From the human T2T-CHM13v2.0 reference genome, Homo sapiens, in the NCBI RefSeq assembly GCF_009914755.1, contig NC_060939.1: DNA of 64,000 nt; one strand, 5' to 3'. The first letter of the stretch is position 1, and each line of letters opens with the position of its first letter. The notes beneath the pieces are model-generated. The model worked only from the letters and a program-made list of their open reading frames with translations. It made no database searches and was not told the DNA's origin. Shown here piece after piece: positions 14,571-26,905 of the stretch. The translations under genes and the position numbers were made by a program.

Positions 14571-17079
14571 GGAAAGAGTAAAAACTAGTATGACTCGATT
14601 TTTACAGAACAATGTACTCCCACTGCCTTGCTGTATGCACAGAGAGGAGCAAAATGCTGAGAGTGTGGGGTTTGAGAAGCTCTGTATTAGTTTTATCTTT
14701 GTAGATGTCACTGTTTTTCATGGAACATGTTTCACAAAGTTTCCCCCAAACAGATGGTTACACTCAAAACACCACAAGCAAAGTGAAGCTCACTCAGGAC
14801 CGGCTTCTTCTCAACCCCTCCTCGCCACACGTTAATTAAACTCATCTACAATCTATGTAAAAATTAAAGTGATGACGCACAGCGGACAAAGGTTTGAACA
14901 ATCCTTTGGTATGCTCCCTAAAAAGGAAAGAACACAAGGAAATTCTGACGTCTGCCCAACGGGTCCAGATTGTCATTTCTGGCTCTGAGCTCTTTCGCAG
15001 CCGGGAGCATCACAGAAGTTGGTGGAGAAGGGGCTTGTTGGACAGAGCGCTGTCACTGGGCCAGCCCCTGCCCACTGAGCCCCTCTCTTTTTCCAGGTGA
15101 CCTTTCTCTAATAGTTGACGGCCGGCAAACGCCAACCATCCCTCTGTTGTCCTCACAAAAATAATCCTACAAGAACAATCCTGAAAGGTACCTAGTCTTA
15201 CCCTCATTCCACAACATGGAAATAGAGGCTTAAAGAAGTGAGACACTTCCTTGAGACGCCTCAGCTCCCAGGCTGATTTTAGACCCAGCTCCTGGCCCAA
15301 ACTTGCCCCAGCCCTGAAGAAAAAATGAATGCACCTGGACAGTCTGTGCTCTGTCCTGAAGGAAGAGGGGCTAGGAAAATAGCCAACGAGAGCCCACGGT
15401 AGCACCTAGGGCCTGCTGTCACCTGTAAGGCAGATGTCACATACAGGGACACTGGAGCTGGTAGCTGAACTGCCTTAGCCAGGAGCCGGGCCTCCCAGCA
15501 GGAGGCAGCACAAATGGAAAGCAAACCCAGTGTGGGGGCAGGGGCTGGGAGTATCTCACTCTCACCCAGGCCTGGCCTGGGCACTCGTAGTCCCCTCTGC
15601 TGGCACTTGGGTTCTCACGCCCTCCCCCTTACACACTCGGGAAAGGAAATCACATAGGGATGGCAAGCTGTCCTGGGAGAAGCCTGGGACCCAGGAGGAG
15701 TGTACAGATAGAGTAAATGCAAGCCACAGGGCAGTCAGCGCAGCCTGAGCCGGGCCCCTCGATGTTAGGAAAATTGTGACATAAACAGCACATGCTCCAG
15801 GGCGGGGATGACATGTGACTCCAGACTGCCCCCCACGTCCTTCAACACTTGGCTTTCCCTTGCTCTGCTATCCTGGGCATCTCCTGGACCATGAAGGGTA
15901 TTACCACTTGATTGCTCACTTTTTCTTAGTAATGTCTACTTTGGACTTTCAATTCTGAAAAAGGGCTTTTCTGCTGAGACTGCAGCACTGAACCACAAGC
16001 CCTCTCTATTATAATGTGTGCAGTAGTTCAGTTCCTTCTTGGGCAACTTTTCCAAGAGAAAGAACATTGAAAGGGAAAAAGAAAATCAACAAGGGAAGGT
16101 TAATTACTTAAAACCAGTAGTACTTTACGAAGAACGCATGGTTTCCCACTCAACACCTTGGGGACAAAAGTATGTATATCACTGTGTCGTGGCACTGTTG
16201 TCTTCCCGGAAAGGGCAGAACTTATTCTCCTGCCAAGATAAAATAACAAGGGGGCAGGTGATAAGGAGTATTGTTCAGGGGCAGAAAGGTGAGGTCAAAA
16301 GGCCCGAGCAGCCCGCTGAGGACCTCTTGGAGCAGGGAGAGAGCCTATAAGACAGGTGTGGCAGGTAGCCAGAGGGCAAGGGTGGCAAGGAGACTGAGGC
16401 GGACCACAGCCACTGACCAGAGTAGTCATAGTCAAGATGTTCTGGGAGGCCTGAATGCCTGAGCCCTGAGGTCCAATGCCTCTTGCTGTGCAGTGTGGCT
16501 AGCATGGAAGGCTTCGTTCAAAGATCCCTCTACAAAGGGGAAATTCCAGACAGAGAAAATTGGGGCCAGAGGAAGAGGCAGCAGCTCAGCCATGTACATC
16601 TGCCAAATGCCCAAGTGCAGGGGGATGGGACCCACCTTGCAGAACAGGGCAGCAGGAATAGTTAAGGGCACAAAGACTCGTCCAAGGAAAACACTATTAA
16701 GGAGGGAAAGCAGGTGTTTGCTCTCACGGATGTACAATGCTATACAGATGCTGCTGCCACAGAAGACAGCAAGCCTAGAGACACAGGAGAATGAGGCAAA
16801 CATAACAAGAACAACGGCCAGGTTCCCCGTCTTGCCTCACATCCCCATCCCACTGCACACCACCAACCCGGCCAGCCCCACCATTCACTGGGCTAGCCGC
16901 TGTGTTAGCCTCGGCAGAGTCAGCCTCACAGTCTTCATTTCAGCCTCTCACAGACGTCACTAAAATGTCAGGGAGGCAGTGGTGGAGCCCACCAGACCAA
17001 CTATCACCAGGTGAGGGGCAGTCACATGGGGCCTGAAGACAGGGCATCCCAAGTGTGCCAGTCACTCTCACCACCGTGG

Positions 17080-17215
17080 AAAACCACAAACTGCCATCCT
17101 CAGTCTCCTCAACTGTAGAATGGGAACAACTTCCCTCCTGACAACAGAGTTATTGGGAAGATCAAATTAGATAATCTACACAAAAGTATTTTGCAAACTG
17201 CAAAGCACTATAAAA
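17080..17215 (+). mobile_element. MIR
   Basis: CTCAGTCTCCTCAACTGTAGAATGGG...GATCAAATTAGATAAT...AAAGCACTATAAA. Confidence 0.7.
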
Positions 17216-17339
17216 CTGCAAAGACATGATGATATGCTGTATGCAAGTTAACAAACCTGGCAAACAGTTTGATTTCCTTCTGCATGGCTGTACATCTTAC
17301 TATTGTTTGTTTTACTAACAAAATTGTATTTTTTTGTTG

Positions 17340-17572
17340 TTATTTTATTTTTTAACTTGACAAAACTGTATGTTTTTGTTGTTTATATTTTGGTGTACAA
17401 CACATCATGTTGTACATGGAAGGGCTAAATAGAGCTAATCAATGTATGCCTTACCTCACATGCTTATTACTTTTTATGGTAAAAACACTTCAACTCTACT
17501 TTTAGCAATTGTCAAGTCTATAATACATTGTTATTAATTTAGCCACCACATTATACAACAGATCTCATGAAC
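17340..17572 (-). mobile_element. L1MA 3' end fragment
   Basis: TACCTCACATGCTTATTACTTTTT...AATACATTGTTATTAA...AGATCTCATGAAC matches antisense L1MA 3'UTR. Confidence 0.7.
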
Positions 17573-17812
17573 ATAAACATTTGTAAGCCAGCTATATATT
17601 CAGTTAAGTGATATAAAATTATCATTTGATCAAATAGTAAAGGTTCTACCAGTTCACCTTGCAGATGTCTTTCAATTTTCTGCTTTAAGGAGACCAACTT
17701 TCTTTCCCCCTTGTGGGATAATATATAAGAAGAGAAGAGGAACTCATGGTCCTCCCTGTTTCTCCTGGACCTGTCTCCCTGCATTTATAAAGTTACAAGA
17801 ACTTCCTTGAAG

Positions 17813-17977
17813 CTAGTGGTTCTCAAACCCAGAATCAATAGGGGCTTTTATAAAAGTCCCAATGGGTTCCAAGGTTGCGGCTTGGTTGCTGATATCAGAA
17901 CCTCTAGAGGAAGTGCCCAGACATTAAGATTTTTAAAGTACCCCTATCGTTTCAATAGGAAGTGGAGGACCTCTGGC
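17813..17977. mobile_element. MER5-type hAT-Charlie MITE
   Basis: Starts AGTGGTTCTCAAAC and ends GAGGACCTCTG (degenerate TIRs); internal ATCAGAACCTCT motif. Confidence 0.55.
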
Positions 17978-18720
17978 CCGGGCCCTTCAGAGAGCCAGGA
18001 CAGCTGCAACTCTGAGCACGTACCCAGCAGTGACACAGGCCTGGCAGTGGTATCTTCCTTTCTGGGGAGATATTAAGAGATTTTGAGGTTTAGGATTTGC
18101 CACCATTTTTTAACATAGGAAGGTATTGTAATCAATTATCTTAATCGATCACATGTCTTTTCTTCCATTATGAATTTTCTTTTTTCCTTAAGGATTGTTT
18201 CAAATATGACATATCCATGTGACCTTCCATTTTCTCTTTTCTATCACTAACATTTTCAAGGTAGTACAACTAATTTATTTCATTCTTAAAAATCTATGGA
18301 ATGGAAAATCTGAAACTATAATTCTTCTTTGAACTCACACTCTGCTGTATGACAAGCAAGTCCCATTACAACTAATCAGTAAATTATCTGGTTTTTGTTT
18401 ATTTGCAACCCAAGTAAACACAATTTTGCATGCCACTGAACTGCAAGCTTAAGTATGAAATGTTTCAAATTTTATATAAGCAACTTTCTCAACTGCGATG
18501 CTTTTGAACTCATGGGAGCTAAGCAATTCGAGAAAAAATGATTAAATTTCTAATTTTAATTCCCATAGAGCTATTAAATGCATTTAACAAACATGAATGG
18601 AGAGACTGTTCTGAACAAGGTGCCTCAGAGATGTAATAAAAAATAATGCATGAGCTTCTCCTCAAGGGCTTAAGAGTCAAAGGGAGGAACGATGTCCACA
18701 CAACTCATTTCTAATTATAA

Positions 18721-19176
<456 letters not shown>

Positions 19177-20554
19177 AGAGATAAATATTTTTAAAAGACA
19201 CCTAATTTTTCCTACCTGTTCTCTCACAGCATTGAGCAGGGCTTCCCTTCCCCTTGATCACTCAGCACTTTGGGAGAACTAGGGAACTAATTTTGTACAG
19301 AATCATGGAGTTGAAAGGGGTATCAGAGTAGGCAGCTGCGGTTCTTCATTTCACATGTTCAGTTAAGACCTAGAGAATATCCCCAGAGTGGGGACCCAAG
19401 CCAGAATGAGGCCTCCTCTAGGCTGGGGGCACTTTCTTTCCCCAGCCTGGACCAGGTTCTCTAGTCACTAGTCAACGGGCATGGAAAGAGTCTAATGTGA
19501 ATGCAACCACACACCAATCTTCTAATAAACCATACATGCTAAGCAGTGGGCTGGCTCACCAGTATCCACTCCTTTTCTAGGCCCCTGAAGCACCTTTTCT
19601 GATGATGCATTTCTGAACATACTGCTTGCCAGATTGTAAATGGGATAAGTCAGCTTTGGTAGAAGAAACCTTGTCTACCTCTTCCAGAACAGGCAGAGGA
19701 CCCTGGAGGGATGTCCCAACTGGTTGCATGCCGTGTCTGAGAACCCAGAGTCAGTGGGCACTTAAAACCACGTGGACCCAAGAGCTGAGTTCACATTCAA
19801 TACCTCAACAAGGTAGAGACAGAATAATCAAGAGATTTGGGGATGAACTGCAACCCATCCTGGCAATTCTAGGACATATTTCCAAGGGGTTAAGTACAGC
19901 CTTTCAATGTGCCTACCCAATAGCTGCAGACCCACAATGCCAAGTTAAACAGACAACCAGAGTGTTTTCACTCAATCTAATAATCTAATGCTGTACTTGC
20001 AAAGGACCCACATCCTTCCTTGGGGGGACCATGTCATCCCACAGATGGCACAGACACCCCTGTGTCCTTCACCATGGCAGTCAACACCAATGGCAAGAGA
20101 TGGCCAGTGGTCTCAGAGCCAAGGACATGCTCTGGGAGCAGCTCTAGGCTCTGCAAGGGAATATACTTAGGGTGGGGGTGACAGTGCAGACCCTAGCCTG
20201 GTGTCATGCCTCCCCCAGGGGAAAATGCCAAGACCACCCTCTCTGGTAGTACCTCAGGTCACAGTCACTGCCCACTCTCCTCCCTGAAATCTACTCCCAG
20301 GACTCTACCTTTGGAATGCTATTCTTTTCCTCTCTCCCACCCCCTAGTTTTTCATGTAAAGGACTAATCTTTCATCATCCCCAAGGATAAGGAAGTACGT
20401 TCTGTAATGATCCTGCCCAATGAGCCCTTGTATGCCTGTTATTCTTATGCACAGCAGCACCTGAGATACAGGAGACATAACCGGCTTCCTGGGGAGTTCA
20501 CTATCTACTCTGAGTGAGAGGAACTTCACTTAGCATGGCTTAACAGAGCTTGCT

Positions 20555-22838
20555 TGTATTAGTTCATTTTCACACCACTGATAAAGACATACCCGAAACT
20601 GGGAACAAAAGGAGGTTTAATTGGACTTACAGTTCCACATGGCTGGTGAGGCCTCAGAATCATGGCGGGAGGTGAAAGGCACTTCTTACATGGCAGTGGC
20701 AAGAGAAAAATAAGGAAGAAGCAAAAGCGGAAACCCCTGATAAACCCATCAGATCTTGTGAGACTTACTTATTATCACGAGAATAGAACAGGAAAGACCA
20801 TCCCCTGTGATTCAATAACCTCCCCGAGTCCCTCCCATAACATGTGGAAATTCTGGGAGACACAATTCAAGTTGAGATTTGGGTGAGGACACAGCCAAAC
20901 CATATCATTACGCCCCTGGCCCCTCCAAATTTCATGTCTTCACATTTCAAAACCAATTGTGCCTTCCCAACAGTCCCTGAAAGTCTTAACTCATTTCAGA
21001 ATTAACTTAAAAGTCCACAGTCCAAAGTCTCATCTGAGACAAGGCAATTCCCTTCTGCCTATGAGCCTGTAAAATCAAAAGCGAGCTACTTACTTTCTAG
21101 ATACAATGGGGGTACAGGTATTTGGTAATACAGCCATTCCAAATGGGAGAAATTGGCCAAAATAAAGGGGTTACAAGGCCCAGGCAAGTCCAAAATCCAG
21201 CAGGGCAGTCAAATCTTAAAGCTCCAAAATGATCTCCTTTGACTCCATGTCTCACATCCAGGTCACGCTGATGCTAGAGATGGATGCCCGTGGTCTTGTG
21301 CAGCTTCACCCCTGTGGCTGTGCAGGGTACAGCCTCCCTCCTGGCTGCTTTCAGGGGCTGGTGTTGAGTGTCTATGGCTTTTCCAGGTGCACGGTGCAAA
21401 GTGTTGGTGGATCTCCATTCTGTGGTCTGGAAGATGGTGGCCCTCTTCTCATAGCTCCACTAGGCAGTGCCCCAGGAGGGACTTGTGTGGGGGCTCTGAC
21501 CCCACATTTCTCTTCTGCACTGCCATAACAGAAGTTCTCCATGAGGGCCCCACCCCTGCAGCAAACTTTTACCTGGGCATCCAGGCATTTCCATACATCT
21601 TCTGAAATCTAGGTGGAGGTTCCCAAACCTTAATTCTTGACTTCTGTGTACCCACAGGCTCAACAGCACCTGGAAGCTGCTAAGGTTTGAGGCTTCCACC
21701 CTCTGAAGTCACAGCCTGAGCTCTATGTAGGCCCCTTTTGGCCACGGGTGGAATGGCTGAGACACAGGGCACCAAGTCCCTAGGCTGCACACAGCTCGGG
21801 GACCCTGGGCCCAGTCCATGAAACCACTTTTTCCTCCTGGGCCTCCAGACCTGTTCTCCAGAGGGGCTGCCATGAAGGTCTCTGATGTGGCCTGGAGACA
21901 TTTTCCCCATGGTCTTAGTGTTTAACGTTAGGATCCTTGCTACTTATGCACATTTCTGAAGCTGGCTTGAATTTCTCCTCAAAAAATGGGGTTTTCTTTT
22001 CTACTGCATTGTCAGGCTGCAAATTTTCTGAACTTTTATGCTCTCTTTCCCTTTTAAAATGGAATGCTTTTAACAGCACCTAAGTCATCTTTTGAATGTT
22101 TTGCTGCTTAGAAGTTTCTTCTGCCAGATACCCTAAATCATCTCTCTTAAGTTCAAAGTTCCACAAATCTCTAGGGCAGAGGCAAAATGCCACCAGTCTC
22201 TTTGCTAAAACATAACAAGAGTCACCTTTGCTCCAGTTCCCAACAAGTTCCTCATCTCCATCTGAGACCACCTTGGCCTGGACCTTATTGTCCATATTGC
22301 TGTCAGCATTTTTGTCAAAGCCATTCAACAAGTCTCTAGGAGATTCCAAACTTTCCCACATTTTCCTGTCTTATTCTGAGCCCTCCAAACCGTTCCAACC
22401 TCTGCCTGTTACCCAGTTCCAAAGTCACTTCCACATTTTCGAGTATCTTTTCAGCAATGCCCCACTCTACTGGTACCAATTTACTGTATTAGTTTGTTTT
22501 CACCCTGCTGATAAAGACATATGCAAAACTGGGAACAAAAAGAGGTTTAATTGGACTTACAGTTCCACACGGCTGGGGAGACCTCAGAATTACGGCAGGG
22601 AGCGAAAGGCACTTTTTACGTGGTGGTGGCAAGAGAAAAATGAAGAGGGAGCAAAAGCAGAAACCCCTGATAAATGCATCAGATCTTGTGAGACTTATTC
22701 ACTATCACGAGAATAGCATGAGAAAGACCAGCCCCATGATTCAGTTACCTCCCTCTGGGTCCCTCCCACAACACATGGAAGTTCTGGGAGATACAATTCA
22801 AGTTGAGATTTGGGTGGGGATACAGCCAAACTATATCA
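20555..22838 (-). mobile_element. Full-length THE1A MaLR retrotransposon (3'LTR 20555-20907, internal 20908-22484, 5'LTR 22485-22838)
   Basis: Two ~354-bp direct LTRs (TGTATTAG...ATATCA on +), ~1.58-kb THE1 internal region, TSD TTGCT/TGGCT. Confidence 0.93.
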
Positions 22839-22914
22839 TGGCTAATGACTTTTAACTCCAAGAATCCCCAAGCCACAGAAGCCCCTCCATTCTTTTTACC
22901 CACACCTCCTCTTC

Positions 22915-22916
<2 letters not shown>

Positions 22917-22947
<31 letters not shown>
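22917..22947. repeat. (CA)n microsatellite
   Basis: About 15 perfect AC units. Confidence 0.95.
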
Positions 22948-22948
<1 letters not shown>

Positions 22949-25473
22949 GTCAAAGCAAGTTCATCTAAGCAATGCCTTGGTTACAAGTGCAAACTATGAC
23001 TACATCAACTGTCAAAGGATAGAAACTGGGCTGATGGTAAGTGAGACAAATACTGTCTCCAGTTCCTTTTATTGAACAACTTATCAATCTAGAACTTAAG
23101 AACCCATGGCATACACTCACTCATCTGCTCCACCCTAAAGCCTACAGGATGGCCCAAGAGATATTCTGCCCTTGTGGCCCCCCCCGGGGTTGTGCCCAAG
23201 GTCACACAACTGGTCATCAAGTCCAAGTGAGCTGGAAGCATGTCTCATTTATTTTTACTGTTCAGTGATGATTCTTTCAAGAGATGGTATATTATTTAAC
23301 AGACAGTCAAAACAAATACTCCAATTCATACATTTTAAAAAGAAAAAGTTAACTATGTACCTCTTGGATGTCAAACAATTTTTGTAAAAGGCATGAAAAA
23401 TTATACATGCAAATGTGTTGCCCACACTACAATAACACACGTTGTCTTGAAACCTCAAATCATCATTAGAGGAATTGTGAGGAAATGGGCTGCAACCATG
23501 GTATGGTTTTTAGACCCCCAAGATAAAAGGGTATTGCATGGACTTCAGGGATGATGTAAGGTGATCTGGGGAAGGAGGACGTGCTGAGTCCCAGGACACT
23601 GTGCATTGTGTGGTCTCTTCTGCAACGAAGACATGACAGGCTAACAGGCTAACCCTAAGCTTACTGTAAAAACTCGGAGAACTTAATTCATAGAAAGTTC
23701 CTAAAATGTGAGCGCAGAAATTATTTGGGTAAATTATTTGAAGATGGGTGTGTTAGCCCTGGGGGCATGAAAACTGGGGTCTTCTCAGAGGTAGCAAGGT
23801 TCAACCTGTCTGCACCACAGACAGACGTCTGCTCTCACTCCAGGCAGCCACCTCCTCTTGAGTGAGCTCCTAAACCTTTGTCTCAGTAACTGAGAAACTT
23901 AATCTAATCTCACAGAGGGATGGGTGTATGGTCTGTTCACACCAATCCCCAGCACCATGTGAAACTTAACAGTAATCTAATAAAACAAATGAAACGCTGA
24001 ACAGACAAGGAAATGAATTTCCAAGGTCTAATTTTATATTTCATAAAAGTCAATACTGCATCTTACTCATGTGTATTCATTCAGACATCAAATTTCCATT
24101 ATATTTATAAGGAAAACGAGATTAAGAATAAAATATGCTCAAATAGAAAATACTTCCTTGGAAGGAGAAACGCAAAATACTTCAATCCTACAAAATGAGT
24201 TTACTTTAGACTTATCTACTTAACTAAGAGAGATGTATTTAAAACTTGTATTAGCATTAATGTGTATTTGACTTCTCAGAATGTGAGATGCTGTAGAGCA
24301 GTAATTGCTAATAGCAAGGACTGGGGTTTTGTGGAATCATGCAATTTTACCAAACAAGGCTTTAGATGCATGGGAGACTAACTCTTTCCCTTTGCCAAGA
24401 GGAACCTAGAGCACGACAGGCCAGACCTTGGCCAGCTGTAGCTGCTGCATGGCCCACTCCCTCCCAGTCCTAGTCTATACTCCCCCACTTCCTGGTCCAG
24501 AAATGCTGTGTGCAAACCAGCCAGCTAAACACGCCTCCACAACACAGGCAAGTAATAAGGCAGCGTCCGGCCCTTCTCTCCATTTCAGCTTTTTAAAGAC
24601 TTATTTTTAACCCACTTCTCCCGTCTGTTACTATGAATGATGAAGAACACCATTCCAAAAGTGTGATGAAGGCGGTTCCCCCCTTGTGGCATCTGTGTTA
24701 AGGCCATCTTATTCTTGGTCTCACACACAAACTTTTTGGGAGACATGGCAGTCTACCAATAGGCAAATAAAATTCTTTTTCCAAGGTTCAAGGGTAAAAT
24801 ATTTTCACATTAAATACGTTACAAAAAAGAACCAGCATATCTTATTCCCATTTTGTCCTCAAGGATGAACAGCTTCTAAAGGGATTTGGCATCACCTATT
24901 TTACATGTAGTGGCGCTTCCCCTTTAACCATTTACAGTGTTCAATCAAGGTGAAGAGCCTGATTCACTAAAGCTGAAAAACATGTTATTCCCATTTGCCC
25001 CCTTGAAATCAGTAGTTCAGTTTTCCACACAATTTAAATGGAATGAGAAGCATAAAGAAATGCCCAGTCATAGCACTGGGCTAGTTCTCTAGTAGGGCAT
25101 CTGTGAAACTTCTTTCCTTTTAAAGTGTGATGTTCCCTTTCGCATGGGGCCTCCATGAGGAACCTCAGTAGGAGAGAGGAGTCTTTGGTCTTCAGTAACA
25201 CACCCAGATGCTGCAATGACCATCTAAGCATGGGAAACACCCATCCCAACTCACCAAAATAGCCCTGGAGCACAAGCTGGCCTCTCTGAGTTCAGTCCCT
25301 GCGAGGAAAAGTCTCCCAGGGAACATGTGGTTGAATAACCTGGCACACACTTAAAATCAGATAAAGCACATTTTAAGTGAAAAAGCACAGTTGCTTTTTC
25401 TTGTTTTCATTTTATAGGGAAAAATAAAAGCACAGTAACGAAACGTTTTTCATCAGAGAAATTTTGAGGCCAA

Positions 25474-25649
25474 GAGCCCTTCCCATCTCATTTAGGCACG
25501 TCATGGAAATAAATGTGGCACCATCAGAAGGTCAGAGGCCATGACTTGCACACAGCTTGCTCAGAGCAAAGTGCCCCTTCCCTCCTCCACCAGGCTTGGG
25601 GGCCACAGGAATTACTTCCTAAGTGGACATCCGCCACCTATAATTCAGT
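25474..25649 (+). repeat. Local direct duplication A, copy 1 (partner 26728-26905)
   Basis: Hand alignment gives about 80% identity over ~170 bp, e.g. AATAAATG[T/C]GGCACCATCAG[A/G]AGGTCAGAGGCCA and GCTTGGGGGCC. Confidence 0.9.
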
Positions 25650-26056
25650 GCAAGGGGTCAAATAGGCCCCTCTGGGAAGTACTACCACACAGGGTCCCAG
25701 GGCCTAAGTCAATCGGGAGTCAAAGCCAGGAGCAAACATCAAGGGTGTGCAGGAGAGGATTTCCACGGGGTTGCCCTGGCTGGCACATTCACGCCATGAC
25801 CAGGACACCAGCCTGTAGTTCACTGAAGTCAACTTTCTCCTCTCCAAACTAACACTCACTTCCGCAGTCTGAGAAGGCACTCAATCCTGAGACTCAAAGT
25901 GTGCTAAGAGCCACCTTCCAAAGACATGGAGCCACTGAAGCAATCTCTGCTAGGGAGGCCTACATTCCAGACTCCACAACCTCTGGTCATTCAAGTATGT
26001 GCCCCCAACCCTTCCTTAAGTTTCCATCTCTTGGAAGACAGGCATGCGGGAGCGGA

Positions 26057-26079
26057 GGGGGAGGGGCGGGGGGCGGGGG
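26057..26079 (+). other. G-quadruplex-forming tract / GC boxes
   Basis: G5-A-G4-C-G6-C-G5: four G-runs with 1-nt loops. Confidence 0.7.
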
Positions 26080-26168
26080 CGGAGCACACCGGCGCACACA
26101 CATGCACCCACCTCAACTTGGAGATCCACTCCCAAGGTGGCTCTGACACAGGCCCGCCAAGCCGCGTT

Positions 26169-26189
26169 TAGCACGCCCCCTGCTGGCCC
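26169..26189 (-). promoter_or_regulatory. CTCF motif
   Basis: Minus strand GGGCCAGCAGGGGGCGTGCTA closely matches the CTCF core (CCASYAGRKGGCR), in a small CpG-retaining patch. Confidence 0.7.
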
Positions 26190-26727
26190 ACAAGAGCTAA
26201 TTCAACCTTTCTTCCGTGGGCCTAAGGCATGAATAAATGACCTTAATATCCCAAAGGGAACAGAAAGAAAATCAGGGCAATTTTTACTTCTTAGAAACGG
26301 AAGATGTGACAGTGATCTCTTTTGGGAAATCACTGACAACTCCCAAATTTAAGCACTCTAAACATACAAGCGGGATGAAGAGGCTTTAAAGCGGTTGTTT
26401 TAAAATGTTTTGGGGAAATAAGTGACCCATACCTAAAGATTTAGTGGAAACACTTCCGTTTGAAGTTTTACTAGTACTACAGTGAGTTAAACCATAAACG
26501 TGGTGAATATTTTCACGAGTCTACAGGTGAAAACAAAAAGATGGATACGGGGCCAGATTGATTTCACAGACTCCATTTTCAAAGAGTTTGCAATGCAGAC
26601 CCTGAAAAACCAATCTTCATACTATTGAGGACATGTTGTAAAGAAGAATCTCTGCCACAACTCAAGAGTTAAGTTCTACAGCAACTACACACAGCGGGAG
26701 CAGTGTCATCCAAAAGCAGCTCACTTG

Positions 26728-26905
26728 GAGCCAGTTTCTCATCTCACTTAGGCACACCATTGGGAATAAATGCGGCACCATCAGGAGGTCAGAGGCCAAG
26801 AATTACACACACTTGCTCAGAGAAAGGTGTCCCCTCTCCTTCTCCACCAAGCTTGGGGGCCTCAGGAGTTACTTTCTAAGGGAAAACCTGCCATCTATGA
26901 TCCAG
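26728..26905 (+). repeat. Local direct duplication A, copy 2
   Basis: Partner of 25474-25649. Confidence 0.9.

Noticed and set aside
21229-22716. ORFs within the THE1 internal region
   Set aside because: Fragmented remnants of MaLR internal sequence, not an intact gene.
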